Positions 6,758 to 15,288 of a stretch of DNA of 19,459 nucleotides are shown one piece after another. Within the stretch, counting starts at the first letter, position 1. Each line of letters opens with the position of its first letter. This stretch comes from Anaerolineales bacterium (GTDB lineage: Bacteria > Chloroflexota > Anaerolineae > Promineifilales > Promineifilaceae). Under the pieces are notes generated by a model. That model did no database searches. It worked only from the letters and a program-made list of their open reading frames with translations, and had not been told where the DNA came from. The DNA lies in assembly GCA_011524645.1 (NCBI GenBank), contig WTJY01000025.1, positions 1 to 19,459 on the forward strand, in the 5' to 3' direction. Position numbers and translations under genes: made by a program.

Positions 6758-9472
6758 ATGAATTTAGCCATCATCAAAAAAACAACCGCCCTAATCAGTG
6801 GCTTGATTTGGGGTCTAGCTCTAAGTCGCTTGCTGTTTGAAGGTTTTTTTCCCGCTATCAATGGGCTAGGTCGGCCGTGGGGGGCCGCGCTCTGCGCTTT
6901 CGCCGGTGCAGGGCTAGCGTATCTATGGCACAAACGGGTCCCTTGGTGGCTCTGGCTCATTTTCTGGCTCAATCTATGGTGGTTAATCGATCCGGCCGTT
7001 GATCTCGTCCGCAGTCGGCTCGTGTTTATAGGGACGATATCGCTCTTCGGTTACGGTTGGGCCACAGAGCAACCGGTCGAATCAGCTTCGCGACTATTAT
7101 GGTGGCAACGGCCCGCAATTTGGCTCGGGTTCGCGCTGATTCCGCTTTATGGACTGACACTAGGACAAACGGTCGGGGCCAATGACACGTTTGAATTTCA
7201 AGTGGTCATTCCCCAATTGGGTATTGTCCACCCCACCGGATACCCGCTTTATCTGATGTTAGGCAAACTTTGGACGCTAGTCTTGCCCTTTGGCCCGGTC
7301 GCGTGGCGCATTAATGTGGGCACGGCCGTGTATGGGATTATTGGCACACTCTTGCTCTACCGACTCATCAAGCAGGTAACCGAACAGCTTTGGCCCAGTG
7401 ATTTACCAGCGAAGGCTGACACAATATCATTTTTTAGCGCATTCACATTCGCCACCACACCCACGTTTTGGAGCCAAGCGGCTGAAGCGGAAGTGTACAC
7501 GCTACACATTCTAATTGTCGCTTTGGTACTCAATCAATTATTGACCCTCTACCAAATTGGCTTTGAAGATCGCTTCGACCTTCGCACATCAACACCCCAA
7601 CAAACGGCCGCTCTATTGGGCTTAGGTCTAACCAATCATCTAACAACCGTATTCTTGGTCCCAGCGACCGCATTTGCTTATTTAAGTAACAAAGAAACCG
7701 ACGTCAAAACAAAGCTCTGGGCCTTGCGGTGGGTTATACCGGCCGCGCTCGCCCCGCTCCCTCTTTATCTCTATCTTCCAATCCGTTGGCGAGCGGTCAA
7801 TCAAGAAGCGATGGGCGTAGCGCGCTTTTGGTCATGGGTAAGCGGCGGCCGTTTTCAAGACGCATTGCAATGGTGGGCTTGGTGGCGTGACCCAACGCGA
7901 TATGAGGTCGTCGGCCGTCTCTTCATGGCTGAATGGGCAACTATATTTCTCGCATTGGCCGGATTGGGTTTTATTTGGCTCGCTTTCAAAAATTGGCGTT
8001 TGTCTCTGATTTTCACCTTAACTTGGCTGGGCTACACCTTTTATTGTCTTAACTACTATGTCCCAGATCTAAATGTCTTTCTATTACCGAGTCAGTTCAT
8101 TATCGCAGTCTGGATCGGGGTCGGGTTACAGGCTATCAATGTACAGTTGCAACGCTGGATTAAATGGCCCCATTGGGCACTCATTTTATTCTTAGCCACA
8201 CTTCCCCTGCTTATCAATCGATATACGGCCGTGGACCGTTCAACAGAAGACGGGTTAATCGCATGGGGCACGGGGGTTCTGCAACAACCGCTCGCGCAAG
8301 ACAGCATCATCTTGGCGGACAGCGAAAAGATCGCGCCGCTATACTACCTGCAACAAGCGGAGGGTTTACGACCCGATTTAGATATCAAGGTTTTATTTAC
8401 CGAAGCGGAGTATCGGCAGGTGCTCGACAGTCAAATTGCGGCCGGTCAAACGGTCTATTTGGCCCGATTCCTGCCGAATCTAGCGGGTCAATACCATTTG
8501 CGATCGGTAGGGCCGCTTACAGAAGTGAGCCAAGAACCTCTCACAACCTTACCCAGCCAAAGCAAAGTACAAAATATCAGCTTTGGTAAAAATCAGCTCT
8601 CCCTAATCGGCACCCTGTTAGAAACACCGGCGGCCGTAGACCCTCAATCTGTAGGGCTCACACTCTATTGGACGGCCGAGCAGCCAACAGCGCAACCGCT
8701 CCAAGTGTATGTGCGCTGGGCGGGACAGAATGCGATTAATCCGGCCGGTACTCATCCAGCCAATGATGATTATCCGACGGTCGCGTGGCGTAGCGGGGAA
8801 ATTGTGCCGGATTTTCATTTACTGCCAATTCCCAATCATCCAGCCGTAAAACAAGAGATCGAAGTCGCATTGGCCCCCGCATTTACACCGGCCGACGAAC
8901 TGGCGTGGCAGATTGTCGCCACGGCCGATCTTTCTCAGTGGCCAGAGCCAAGTCGCTTATTGCACGGTGAAACCGTTCGTGCCCAATTTGGCACAAGTGC
9001 ACTCACGAGCTATCGTTTTCCAACACAAATTCGCACCACAAGCGAGTTCAGCTTAGCGACAGCGGGCGATCAAAGTGATCAAATCAAAGCATCATTGGTC
9101 CCTCAAAAGACTCAAGACGATGGACAAGGGATTTATGAAGTTATCGCTCAAGTAGATGGTGCAAGGGCTGTGTGTGGTTGGCTACGATCTTCTAGCACAA
9201 ACTGCACATTGGGAACAGTTCAAGTTTCGGGTATACCGGTTCCCGAAGGGGCCACAAATTTTGGTGATTTAATCGCCCTACGGCAAGTTTCAATTGATGA
9301 GACAGTATTGGTTCCGGGCAACACCCTCGCTGTTCAAATCGAATGGCAGGCCTTGGCTCCAATCCCCGACGACTATACGGTGTTTGTACAAATTCTAACG
9401 GCCGATGGTCAACACGTGAGGCAAGACGAGTCATGGCCCCTACAAGGGACGCTACCTACGACAGCATGGTAA
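6758..9472 (+). CDS. Large polytopic membrane protein, DUF2723 / GT-C-fold (PMT/ArnT-like) glycosyltransferase family, with a long C-terminal extracytoplasmic beta-rich domain. The reading frame is interrupted by an in-frame TAA at 9470..9472.
   Basis: 904-codon ORF. The N-terminal ~480 aa contain many hydrophobic helices plus Trp/Tyr-rich loops typical of GT-C enzymes. The C-terminal ~400 aa are hydrophilic and beta-rich. The same frame stays open for 64 more sense codons after the TAA (KGKIVEDPYQIPLAADLPSGNYRLIIGFYRLADLQRLPVVDINGQPLDDKYEIEGLIVPDVVLE), ending at TAG 9665..9667. Confidence 0.65.
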   Translation: MNLAIIKKTTALISGLIWGLALSRLLFEGFFPAINGLGRPWGAALCAFAGAGLAYLWHKRVPWWLWLIFWLNLWWLIDPAVDLVRSRLVFIGTISLFGYGWATEQPVESASRLLWWQRPAIWLGFALIPLYGLTLGQTVGANDTFEFQVVIPQLGIVHPTGYPLYLMLGKLWTLVLPFGPVAWRINVGTAVYGIIGTLLLYRLIKQVTEQLWPSDLPAKADTISFFSAFTFATTPTFWSQAAEAEVYTLHILIVALVLNQLLTLYQIGFEDRFDLRTSTPQQTAALLGLGLTNHLTTVFLVPATAFAYLSNKETDVKTKLWALRWVIPAALAPLPLYLYLPIRWRAVNQEAMGVARFWSWVSGGRFQDALQWWAWWRDPTRYEVVGRLFMAEWATIFLALAGLGFIWLAFKNWRLSLIFTLTWLGYTFYCLNYYVPDLNVFLLPSQFIIAVWIGVGLQAINVQLQRWIKWPHWALILFLATLPLLINRYTAVDRSTEDGLIAWGTGVLQQPLAQDSIILADSEKIAPLYYLQQAEGLRPDLDIKVLFTEAEYRQVLDSQIAAGQTVYLARFLPNLAGQYHLRSVGPLTEVSQEPLTTLPSQSKVQNISFGKNQLSLIGTLLETPAAVDPQSVGLTLYWTAEQPTAQPLQVYVRWAGQNAINPAGTHPANDDYPTVAWRSGEIVPDFHLLPIPNHPAVKQEIEVALAPAFTPADELAWQIVATADLSQWPEPSRLLHGETVRAQFGTSALTSYRFPTQIRTTSEFSLATAGDQSDQIKASLVPQKTQDDGQGIYEVIAQVDGARAVCGWLRSSSTNCTLGTVQVSGIPVPEGATNFGDLIALRQVSIDETVLVPGNTLAVQIEWQALAPIPDDYTVFVQILTADGQHVRQDESWPLQGTLPTTAW

Positions 9473-9667
9473 AAAGGGAAAATTGTCGAAGATCCTTACC
9501 AAATCCCACTCGCGGCCGATTTACCGAGCGGCAACTACCGCCTGATTATAGGCTTTTATCGTTTAGCCGATTTACAGCGCTTACCGGTGGTAGACATCAA
9601 CGGTCAGCCACTTGATGACAAATATGAAATTGAAGGGCTTATTGTGCCTGATGTTGTGCTTGAATAG
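9473..9667 (+). other. In-frame 3' continuation of the glycosyltransferase ORF past the TAA at 9470..9472: 64 sense codons plus TAG at 9665..9667.
   Basis: Same frame as 6758..9472, no further stops until 9665..9667. Sequence looks protein-like and hydrophilic. A hairpin follows directly. Confidence 0.5.
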
Positions 9668-9677
9668 GTATCGAGAG

Positions 9678-9697
9678 GGTTCGTTGTCACGCGAACC
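9678..9697. terminator. Weak bidirectional hairpin between convergent genes.
   Basis: ggttcg ttgtcacg cgaacc, a 6-bp stem. No clear U-run. Confidence 0.2.
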
Positions 9698-9748
9698 GGA
9701 AACACCAGTTAGATGGATTACCTTATTTTAGTACTCAAACTCAAAGGA

Positions 9749-10198
9749 CTAATAGTCATAACGGTCGCCATAACCGCCACCGCCACCACGACGGTTGTTA
9801 CCACCACGGCGGTTGTTACCACCACGGTTGTTATTGCCGCCACGGCCGCCGCCGCCGCCGCCGCCGAAGCCGCCACGACCACCGCCGCCGCCGCCAAAGC
9901 CACCACGACCACCGCCGCCGAAGCCACCACGGCCGCCGCCGCCACTGCGACGATCTTCACGTGGGCGTGCTTCATTAACAATCATATCGCGGCCTCCTAA
10001 TTCAAAGCCATTAAGGGCTTCAATTGCCGCATTCGCTTCATCGTCGTTTGGCATTTCTACAAAACCGAATCCGCGCGAACGGTTGGTGTCTCGATCAATA
10101 ATGATTTTGGCCGATTCAACCGTACCGTACTTTTCAAATTCTTCTCTTAACTCTTCATCGCTGAGACTCCAGCTTAAATTACCGACATAGATATTCAT
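9749..10198 (-). CDS. RRM-type glycine-rich RNA-binding protein with RGG/GGF low-complexity tail.
   Basis: 149 aa with AGGAG 7 nt upstream of the ATG. RNP2 is IYVGNL and RNP1 is RGFGFVEM. The C-terminal ~60 aa are (GGGGRGGF)n and (RGGNN)n repeats, encoded by GGC/GCC-repeat DNA. That DNA creates the spurious overlapping ORFs in the six-frame track. Confidence 0.9.
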   Translation of the reverse strand: MNIYVGNLSWSLSDEELREEFEKYGTVESAKIIIDRDTNRSRGFGFVEMPNDDEANAAIEALNGFELGGRDMIVNEARPREDRRSGGGGRGGFGGGGRGGFGGGGGGRGGFGGGGGGGRGGNNNRGGNNRRGGNNRRGGGGGYGDRYDY

Positions 10199-10494
10199 TC
10201 GAATCTCCTAGAACACAGGGGGGCTTTCCCCCCCAAAAAAAACAATCAATTAAATCTTTGGAAAATGTAAACTGGACGAACTCTCTGCATGAGGATAGAA
10301 CAGGGCCATTTCTCCATCAATTTACGTCTATTTATGGGGTCTAAACCAAGGTACTGGTGCTATATTGCTCCGATAGAGAGATGTAAAGGTTCGCGTGACA
10401 TACTTATTTTAACACAGGACGATTGTTTTTGAATGAAGTTGAACAAATTGATTATAATTGTCCTTAATTAAACTGAATCTATATCTGTAGTTCT

Positions 10495-11427
10495 ATGAAG
10501 CGTCTAACATTTCTTGTCATTCTATCCGGCCTTTTTGTCTCATTACTCAATGCGTGCTCGTCTAGCAACGGGGAAGATATGATTGCAGTAGAGCCACAAA
10601 GCAGTGTTCCCACCTCCCAACCATCACATACACCTCGGCCGTCGTGGACCCCCTGGCCGACAAAAACACCGACACCGACTCCCACATTCACGCCAGACCC
10701 ACGGGCCGCATTTATTACGCCCGAAACTCAGGTCATCCAGCTTCCACAGGTGAACCCCCTAAACGCCTTACAAGATCGTGACCTACCCCCTAATATGATG
10801 AATGGATCGACAAGCGGTGAGCAAGCACAGCCCTCGGCTCAAGAGAGTGCTAATAATAACTCTCTATTCGATGGTTTAGAATCTTCCGAACTAGACGCAA
10901 CACCAACACCGCGAGCCTCAGCCACGTCAACACCGTCTCCCTCGCCTACCCCGACCGATACACCTTCTCCCTCTGCCACAGGAGCGTCCACAGAAACAGC
11001 AACAGAAGCACCAACCGCCCGCCCCTCAGAAACGGTTGTGGCGAACGCGAGCACATCGCGCCCAACGCCAGACTTTATCCCAACCAATACGCCAGATTGT
11101 TTTAATTTCTTGCAATTCGTGGACGATATAACCATTCCAGATGGAGAAGAAATCACACAGGGAGCGCAGTTCACCAAAACATGGCGCGTCATTAATCTGG
11201 GGAGTTGCTATATTTCATCAGAGTATCGCTTCTTCGCCTTGAATGAAGCGATAGAAGTCATCGCGGTTGATCCACTCCCTCTGATCGGTCCTGATGAAGA
11301 AGGGAATTTAAGTGTAACATTGCGTGCCCCCAGCTCTCCCGGCCGGTATCGATCTAACTGGCAATTACAGCCAGAAGGTGGAGAAGCGTTCGGTCAACTG
11401 TACCTAGAGATCGTAGTTCCGGAGTAA
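10495..11427 (+). CDS. Lipoprotein with Pro/Thr/Ser-rich linker and a C-terminal NBR1-like (Nbr1_FW / Ig-like) domain.
   Basis: 310 aa. MKRLTFLVILSGLFVSLLNAC is a signal peptide plus lipobox. There is a ~150-aa PT-rich low-complexity linker. The C-terminal DCFNFLQFVDDITIPDGEEITQGAQFTKTWRVINLGSCYISSEYRFF ... SNWQL matches the conserved core of the bacterial NBR1-like domain. No obvious Shine-Dalgarno. Confidence 0.7.
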   Translation: MKRLTFLVILSGLFVSLLNACSSSNGEDMIAVEPQSSVPTSQPSHTPRPSWTPWPTKTPTPTPTFTPDPRAAFITPETQVIQLPQVNPLNALQDRDLPPNMMNGSTSGEQAQPSAQESANNNSLFDGLESSELDATPTPRASATSTPSPSPTPTDTPSPSATGASTETATEAPTARPSETVVANASTSRPTPDFIPTNTPDCFNFLQFVDDITIPDGEEITQGAQFTKTWRVINLGSCYISSEYRFFALNEAIEVIAVDPLPLIGPDEEGNLSVTLRAPSSPGRYRSNWQLQPEGGEAFGQLYLEIVVPE

Positions 11428-11435
11428 AGTGTGTT

Positions 11436-11452
11436 GCGATGGAAAACATCGC
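11436..11452. terminator. Small hairpin between convergent genes (lipoprotein and folB).
   Basis: gcgatg gaaaa catcgc. 6-bp stem. Confidence 0.2.
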
Positions 11453-11479
11453 CAAATCCCACAATCTGACAAATGCGAC

Positions 11480-11845
11480 TTAAGCGAAATCTTCTCGACT
11501 ACGTTCAATCTCAATACCAACCGCATTTGTATAGCGCAAAGCGGTTGGTTTCTCCACACGGACAATGACCTTGACGACAAGTGGATTCTCTCGTAGCAGA
11601 AGCTTTGCGACTTCAGAGACAAGGGTTTCAAGCAAAAGATAAGACGAATTTTCTACAAATTCGATCAGCCGTTCCGTAATCGTGAAATAGTTAACCGTAT
11701 CCTCGATATTTCGGCTTTCGGCCGCACGACGGATATCGGTCAAGAGTGTAATATTGAGCCGGATGTCTTGTTTCGTGGTACGTTCTTCTGGGTTAATGCC
11801 CAAAATGCCGCGCACGAGAATGTCTTTAAGAATAATTTTGTCCAT
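11480..11845 (-). CDS. folB: Dihydroneopterin aldolase (folate biosynthesis).
   Basis: 121 aa. ILKDILVRGILGINPEERTTKQDIRLNITL and the following profile are typical of FolB. Confidence 0.8.
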   Translation of the reverse strand: MDKIILKDILVRGILGINPEERTTKQDIRLNITLLTDIRRAAESRNIEDTVNYFTITERLIEFVENSSYLLLETLVSEVAKLLLRENPLVVKVIVRVEKPTALRYTNAVGIEIERSREDFA

Positions 11846-11926
11846 ATTTGATTACTCAGAGGGTGAATTTAGAGGGGGTATTAATCTCAATACCTTCGCC
11901 AAATTAATCAACTCATTGGATTTACG

Positions 11927-11945
11927 CCCCTCCTATCAGGAGGGG
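11927..11945. repeat. 19-bp GC hairpin, cccctcct-atc-aggagggg. The same hairpin recurs in inverted orientation at 19327..19345.
   Basis: Perfect 8-bp stem. 19327..19345 is the exact reverse complement (cccctcctgataggagggg). Confidence 0.5.
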
Positions 11946-12006
11946 TGGGGAGCTTTTGATCCGACGCGAATTAAAAACAATTGAGCGATCAGACCGAGAT
12001 ATTTTT

Positions 12007-12229
12007 AATTCAAGGTTCTCTACCGGACACCTCATATTTTGCGGATCATTATTCACCTGAATGAAGCAAATTCCTGGTCCCAAGGGGGCGTTTTGGCGGC
12101 TTCGCCGCCAAAACGCCCCCTTTAAATGTCCTGATTTTTCGGCCTTCGGCCGAAAAATCAGGACAAGCGTTTAGGACTTCATCGTTAGCTCGGGCATTTT
12201 TAAGGGGTGTCCGGTAGAGAAATTCAAGG
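12007..12229. mobile_element. MITE-like non-autonomous element, ~205 bp, with 15-bp perfect terminal inverted repeats, flanked by a 9-bp direct repeat (putative target-site duplication) and carrying two long internal hairpins.
   Basis: Left end aattcaagg-T-tctctaccggacacc (TIR 12017..12031). Right end ggtgtccggtagaga-aattcaagg (TIR 12206..12220). The 9-bp aattcaagg occurs at 12007..12015 and 12221..12229. Internal hairpins are gggggcgttttggcgg-cttcg-ccgccaaaacgccccc and gtcctgatttttcggcc-ttc-ggccgaaaaatcaggac. No transposase ORF is present. Confidence 0.6.
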
Positions 12230-12312
12230 AACAAATTTACCTCAAAGGCAAGACTGTTGTCATATATGCCTAAAAATGGCGACGGTATTGATTGTAATCT
12301 AGCTATTTATTG

Positions 12313-12732
12313 TTAAGCCGCGATTCTTTCTAATCGAGTTGGGAAAAGCAACAGCAGTAAAATAATTGTCATAAGGCTCAGTATAGACCACACCAACCAA
12401 GCAGGGGGGAGTTCATGAATCGTTTGCTCAGATGAATATAATGACACGGCCGTATCTCCGCGATAATCGAGAGTAATTTCCCCTTGAGGAATTCCAGAAG
12501 CACTTAACTCAGCGGTAATACGGCCGTTAGGCACCAGTTGAACGGCAAGAAGCTGCCTCTGTTCGTTAATCACAAGCAATTCAGTCCCTGCTATGGAGTC
12601 GGCGAAACCGGCGACACGGCCGCGCGGATTGATGGCATACCAACCCAATCCCGCCAGTGTCAACAACAAAGTTAGCACCAGCAAAGCGACGAAAAGCGAA
12701 GAAACTATCCGGCCGCTACGAATCAGCATCAT
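12313..12732 (-). CDS. Small bitopic membrane protein of unknown function. Start re-placed at the internal Met so that it overlaps the upstream deacetylase gene by only ~17 nt.
   Basis: The six-frame ORF 12313..12858 overlaps the 3' end of 12716..13822 by 143 nt. Starting at MMLIRSGRIVSSLFVALLVLTLLLTLAGLGWY gives an N-terminal transmembrane helix, a ~90-aa hydrophilic domain and a C-terminal transmembrane helix (LVWSILSLMTIILLLLLF). Confidence 0.5.
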   Translation of the reverse strand: MMLIRSGRIVSSLFVALLVLTLLLTLAGLGWYAINPRGRVAGFADSIAGTELLVINEQRQLLAVQLVPNGRITAELSASGIPQGEITLDYRGDTAVSLYSSEQTIHELPPAWLVWSILSLMTIILLLLLFPTRLERIAA

Positions 12733-13822
12733 CGGTTGATACCTCCCCCTGTGATTCAGGTGTAGGAATCGGCGGTGGGAGCGCACGCTCAAAATCATAA
12801 ATGGTCGTGTCAAAGTTAACCCGCGTCCGTGTCCACTCATACCGATCATGGAAACCACGCCACATTCCCCCTTTCGTCGTTACCGCCCCCCACAAATTCA
12901 ATTCACGCACCATATCTAACACCTCTTCATCGTAGCTCCCACCGGGATAAGCGATAAACATCGGTTTGTATCCGATATGAGCGGCCAGTGTTTCCTGAGG
13001 ACCCAGAATCTGCCAGATAAGCTCTGAACGGCCGTGAATCGCTAAATCAGGATGATTGCGTGAGTGATTTTCGATGCGATGACCAGCAGCCGCCATTTCC
13101 TCGATCATCTCCCAAGACATATACGCCTCATAGCCGAAATCGACAAACTCCGTTACGACAAAAAAGGTCCCCTTAAAGCCGAACTCTTCAAGAATCGGAT
13201 AGGCATACTCATAGTTATCGACATAACCATCATCAAACGTAATCACAATCGGTTTAGGAGGCAACTCCGAACCTGTGGTCACCGCATCTAGCACATCATA
13301 TAAATCAATAACCGTAAACCCATTGTCGCGCAAATAAGTCAATTGCGCGCGAAAATTATCTGGCGTTACCGATAAATTAATCCGATAGTTATCCGCGTCT
13401 TCGGGAGGATCACTTAAATAGTGATACATTAAAATCGGAACACGTATCGTGCGACTCACGGCCGGTGTGGGGAGAATTTCAGGTAATGGCGGCAACGGTG
13501 GGGTTGCGGTCACGGTAGGCAACGGTGTCAAGCTCGGTGTGGGTGACACGGTAGGTGTCTGAGTGGGCCCTGTCGTTGGTGTCAACGACGGCGCCGAAGT
13601 GACAGTCGGGATCGGGGTAAATGTCGTGTCGGGCGTCAGCGAAGGCAATAGCCGAGCCAGCTCTTGTTCCGAAATCGGGGTTCGGCTAGGAGGAACAGCC
13701 GCCGGAGATTCGACGGCCGGAGCACATGCCTCAAGCATCAAAGCGACTGTCAAAATAAACAAAATGGCCGAAGCCTGCCAATGTTGTTGGATCAAACTCT
13801 TCACGCCACCTATTTTATTCAT
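12716..13822 (-). CDS. Polysaccharide deacetylase (NodB-homology, carbohydrate esterase family 4) with N-terminal signal/anchor and Pro/Thr-rich linker.
   Basis: 368 aa. NodB motifs are ITFDDGY, HSRNHPDL and AYPGGSY. Hydrophobic N-terminus ILFILTVALMLEAC, then an (S/T)P-rich linker. Confidence 0.8.
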   Translation of the reverse strand: MNKIGGVKSLIQQHWQASAILFILTVALMLEACAPAVESPAAVPPSRTPISEQELARLLPSLTPDTTFTPIPTVTSAPSLTPTTGPTQTPTVSPTPSLTPLPTVTATPPLPPLPEILPTPAVSRTIRVPILMYHYLSDPPEDADNYRINLSVTPDNFRAQLTYLRDNGFTVIDLYDVLDAVTTGSELPPKPIVITFDDGYVDNYEYAYPILEEFGFKGTFFVVTEFVDFGYEAYMSWEMIEEMAAAGHRIENHSRNHPDLAIHGRSELIWQILGPQETLAAHIGYKPMFIAYPGGSYDEEVLDMVRELNLWGAVTTKGGMWRGFHDRYEWTRTRVNFDTTIYDFERALPPPIPTPESQGEVSTDDADS

Positions 13823-13885
13823 TTTATTAAAAAGAAGGAAAGGAATTAATCTTATTAATGGGGAATCGTCAATCGGGCGTCGCTT

Positions 13886-15178
13886 TTACGTCTCGTTAGA
13901 CCCGATTTTGCCTCGTAACGCTTCAATTCTCGCGCCCAATAGCTGTGTCCCTCGGTTCGGTGTAGATTGTTGTGTTACACGTGCCATCGCATCGACCAAA
14001 CGCAAAGCGACCACATCATCGGTATTCCCAGATGTTAGCAATTGTTGACCGTCACGCACCCCTTCTAAAATTCGTTTAATCGCGGCCGCCTTCGCTTGGG
14101 CACGCCCGACTTCAATTTCAACCAGCGAAGCCGCTTCATCCGACACATCTTTGGCACGATGGTGTTGCCGCCAATGGGTTTGCCAATATTCGATTCGCTG
14201 TTGGGTCACTTGGTTCGGGGCTTGCAGGGCACCTAATCGGGTTGATACGAGATCGATTCCCCACTTGGCTAATTCCACTTTACTCTGGCGATCCATCCGC
14301 TCTTTGACAATTTCATGCGGCCGTAGCTCGGGATTAGAAGGATAAAGTAAGCGATCTAGGGTCTTTTTACTAACGATGTCACGTAAAACCGCTTCGGTCA
14401 GCTTGAGAGGCAATGTTTCCCAATTATCGATATGATCATCGATCAATAATGTTTCAGCATAACCGGCCAAATAGACATTATCGGGCTCAAAGGGATAGGG
14501 ATCGGCAACCGTTGGCAAGAGATCGCCACGGCCGATATGAAAGGTGACCGCCAGCGTTGTTTGTAATTCAATCCCATCTTCTGTAATCAGTGTGACTTTA
14601 GCATCGACCCGCTCTTGCGGCCGCACATCAAGCGCCCCACGCACATTTTCATAACGCCGAAGCCGATGGATACCGGGGCCATACACATGTTGAAAACGGC
14701 CGTTACGTTCCGTCCAAACCACATCCCCCTGCTTAACAGAGATACGTCCCGGCCCGCCGTAGCGCAACAAAGGAATTTGTAAACGATCTTTGGCGAACTC
14801 AGTCCGTCGAATCGCGATCGTGCCCCCTTGTGGGGCTTCGGTCGATTGAGAACGGGTCAAAAATGTTTGGGCAGATGCCTGATCGGGCAAATCATACAAT
14901 TCTTGGATAAGCGCAAGTGCCCCACGCCGCGCCAACCACCAACCGGCCGCAAAAGGAACCACATGACGCAACACGCGAAACGAAAAAAATTCAAGGATAA
15001 ATTGCAAGCCGGGAGGGACAGATTGGATGATCGGATTGACGATGTCCGCGACATAAGGCAAATCAACCGGCCGCGCCAAAAAATCGATACGCTCGATGTA
15101 CCAGGCGGTTACCCACCAGACAAAGAGCAATACCATCAGGGCGGTTTGTCCATATTGCTTGTTCTGATTCGCGTCCAT
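13886..15178 (-). CDS. SPFH / band-7 (flotillin/stomatin-like) membrane protein.
   Basis: The ORF is open to a GTG at 15235. The first ATG is at 15178 (MDANQNKQYGQTALMVLLFVWWVTAWYI...), giving 430 aa with an N-terminal transmembrane region followed by an SPFH-like core and a coiled-coil/Ala-rich C-terminus. Start choice is uncertain: GTG 15235 would add 19 aa encoded by the repeat array. Confidence 0.65.
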   Translation of the reverse strand: MDANQNKQYGQTALMVLLFVWWVTAWYIERIDFLARPVDLPYVADIVNPIIQSVPPGLQFILEFFSFRVLRHVVPFAAGWWLARRGALALIQELYDLPDQASAQTFLTRSQSTEAPQGGTIAIRRTEFAKDRLQIPLLRYGGPGRISVKQGDVVWTERNGRFQHVYGPGIHRLRRYENVRGALDVRPQERVDAKVTLITEDGIELQTTLAVTFHIGRGDLLPTVADPYPFEPDNVYLAGYAETLLIDDHIDNWETLPLKLTEAVLRDIVSKKTLDRLLYPSNPELRPHEIVKERMDRQSKVELAKWGIDLVSTRLGALQAPNQVTQQRIEYWQTHWRQHHRAKDVSDEAASLVEIEVGRAQAKAAAIKRILEGVRDGQQLLTSGNTDDVVALRLVDAMARVTQQSTPNRGTQLLGARIEALRGKIGSNET

Positions 15179-15180
15179 AA

Positions 15181-15280
15181 GAGAAGTATGAAGTAAAAAG
15201 TATGAAATATGAAATAAGACTGTGCTTCGACCCACTTACGCCAGAAGGAGTTTGTTCATACTTCATACTTCATCTTTCAT
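15181..15280. repeat. Iteron-like array of about seven GTATGAA / TTCATAC heptamers arranged as an inverted repeat. Arms are gaagtatgaagta and tacttcatacttc, ~60 bp apart. It lies between ilvE and the SPFH gene.
   Basis: Left arm gaagtatgaagtaaaaagtatgaaatatgaaat. Right arm catacttcatacttcatctttcatatttg. There is a 13-bp perfect inverted repeat plus further degenerate copies. Confidence 0.55.
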
Positions 15281-15288
15281 ATTTGTAT

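Noticed and set aside
9713-10198. Three overlapping six-frame ORFs (9713..10000 +, 9718..9981 -, 9795..10190 +) encoding poly-Ala, poly-Pro or poly-Thr peptides. The tandem GGC/GCC repeats also look superficially repeat-array-like.
   Set aside because: They are alternative-frame readings of the GGC-repeat DNA that encodes the RGG/GGF tail of the RRM protein (9749..10198 -), the only frame with a recognisable domain and Shine-Dalgarno. The repeat units are 3-24 bp and irregular, not CRISPR repeat-spacer architecture.
12049-12234. 61-aa ORF on the minus strand.
   Set aside because: It lies entirely within the MITE-like element and is made by reading through the two long hairpins. No ribosome-binding site or protein-like composition.
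12716-12858. 143-nt overlap between the 12313..12858 ORF and the deacetylase gene.
   Set aside because: A 143-nt overlap between same-strand genes in different frames is implausible. An in-frame Met pair at 12732/12729 gives a sensible N-terminal transmembrane helix and the usual short overlap, so the gene was re-started there.
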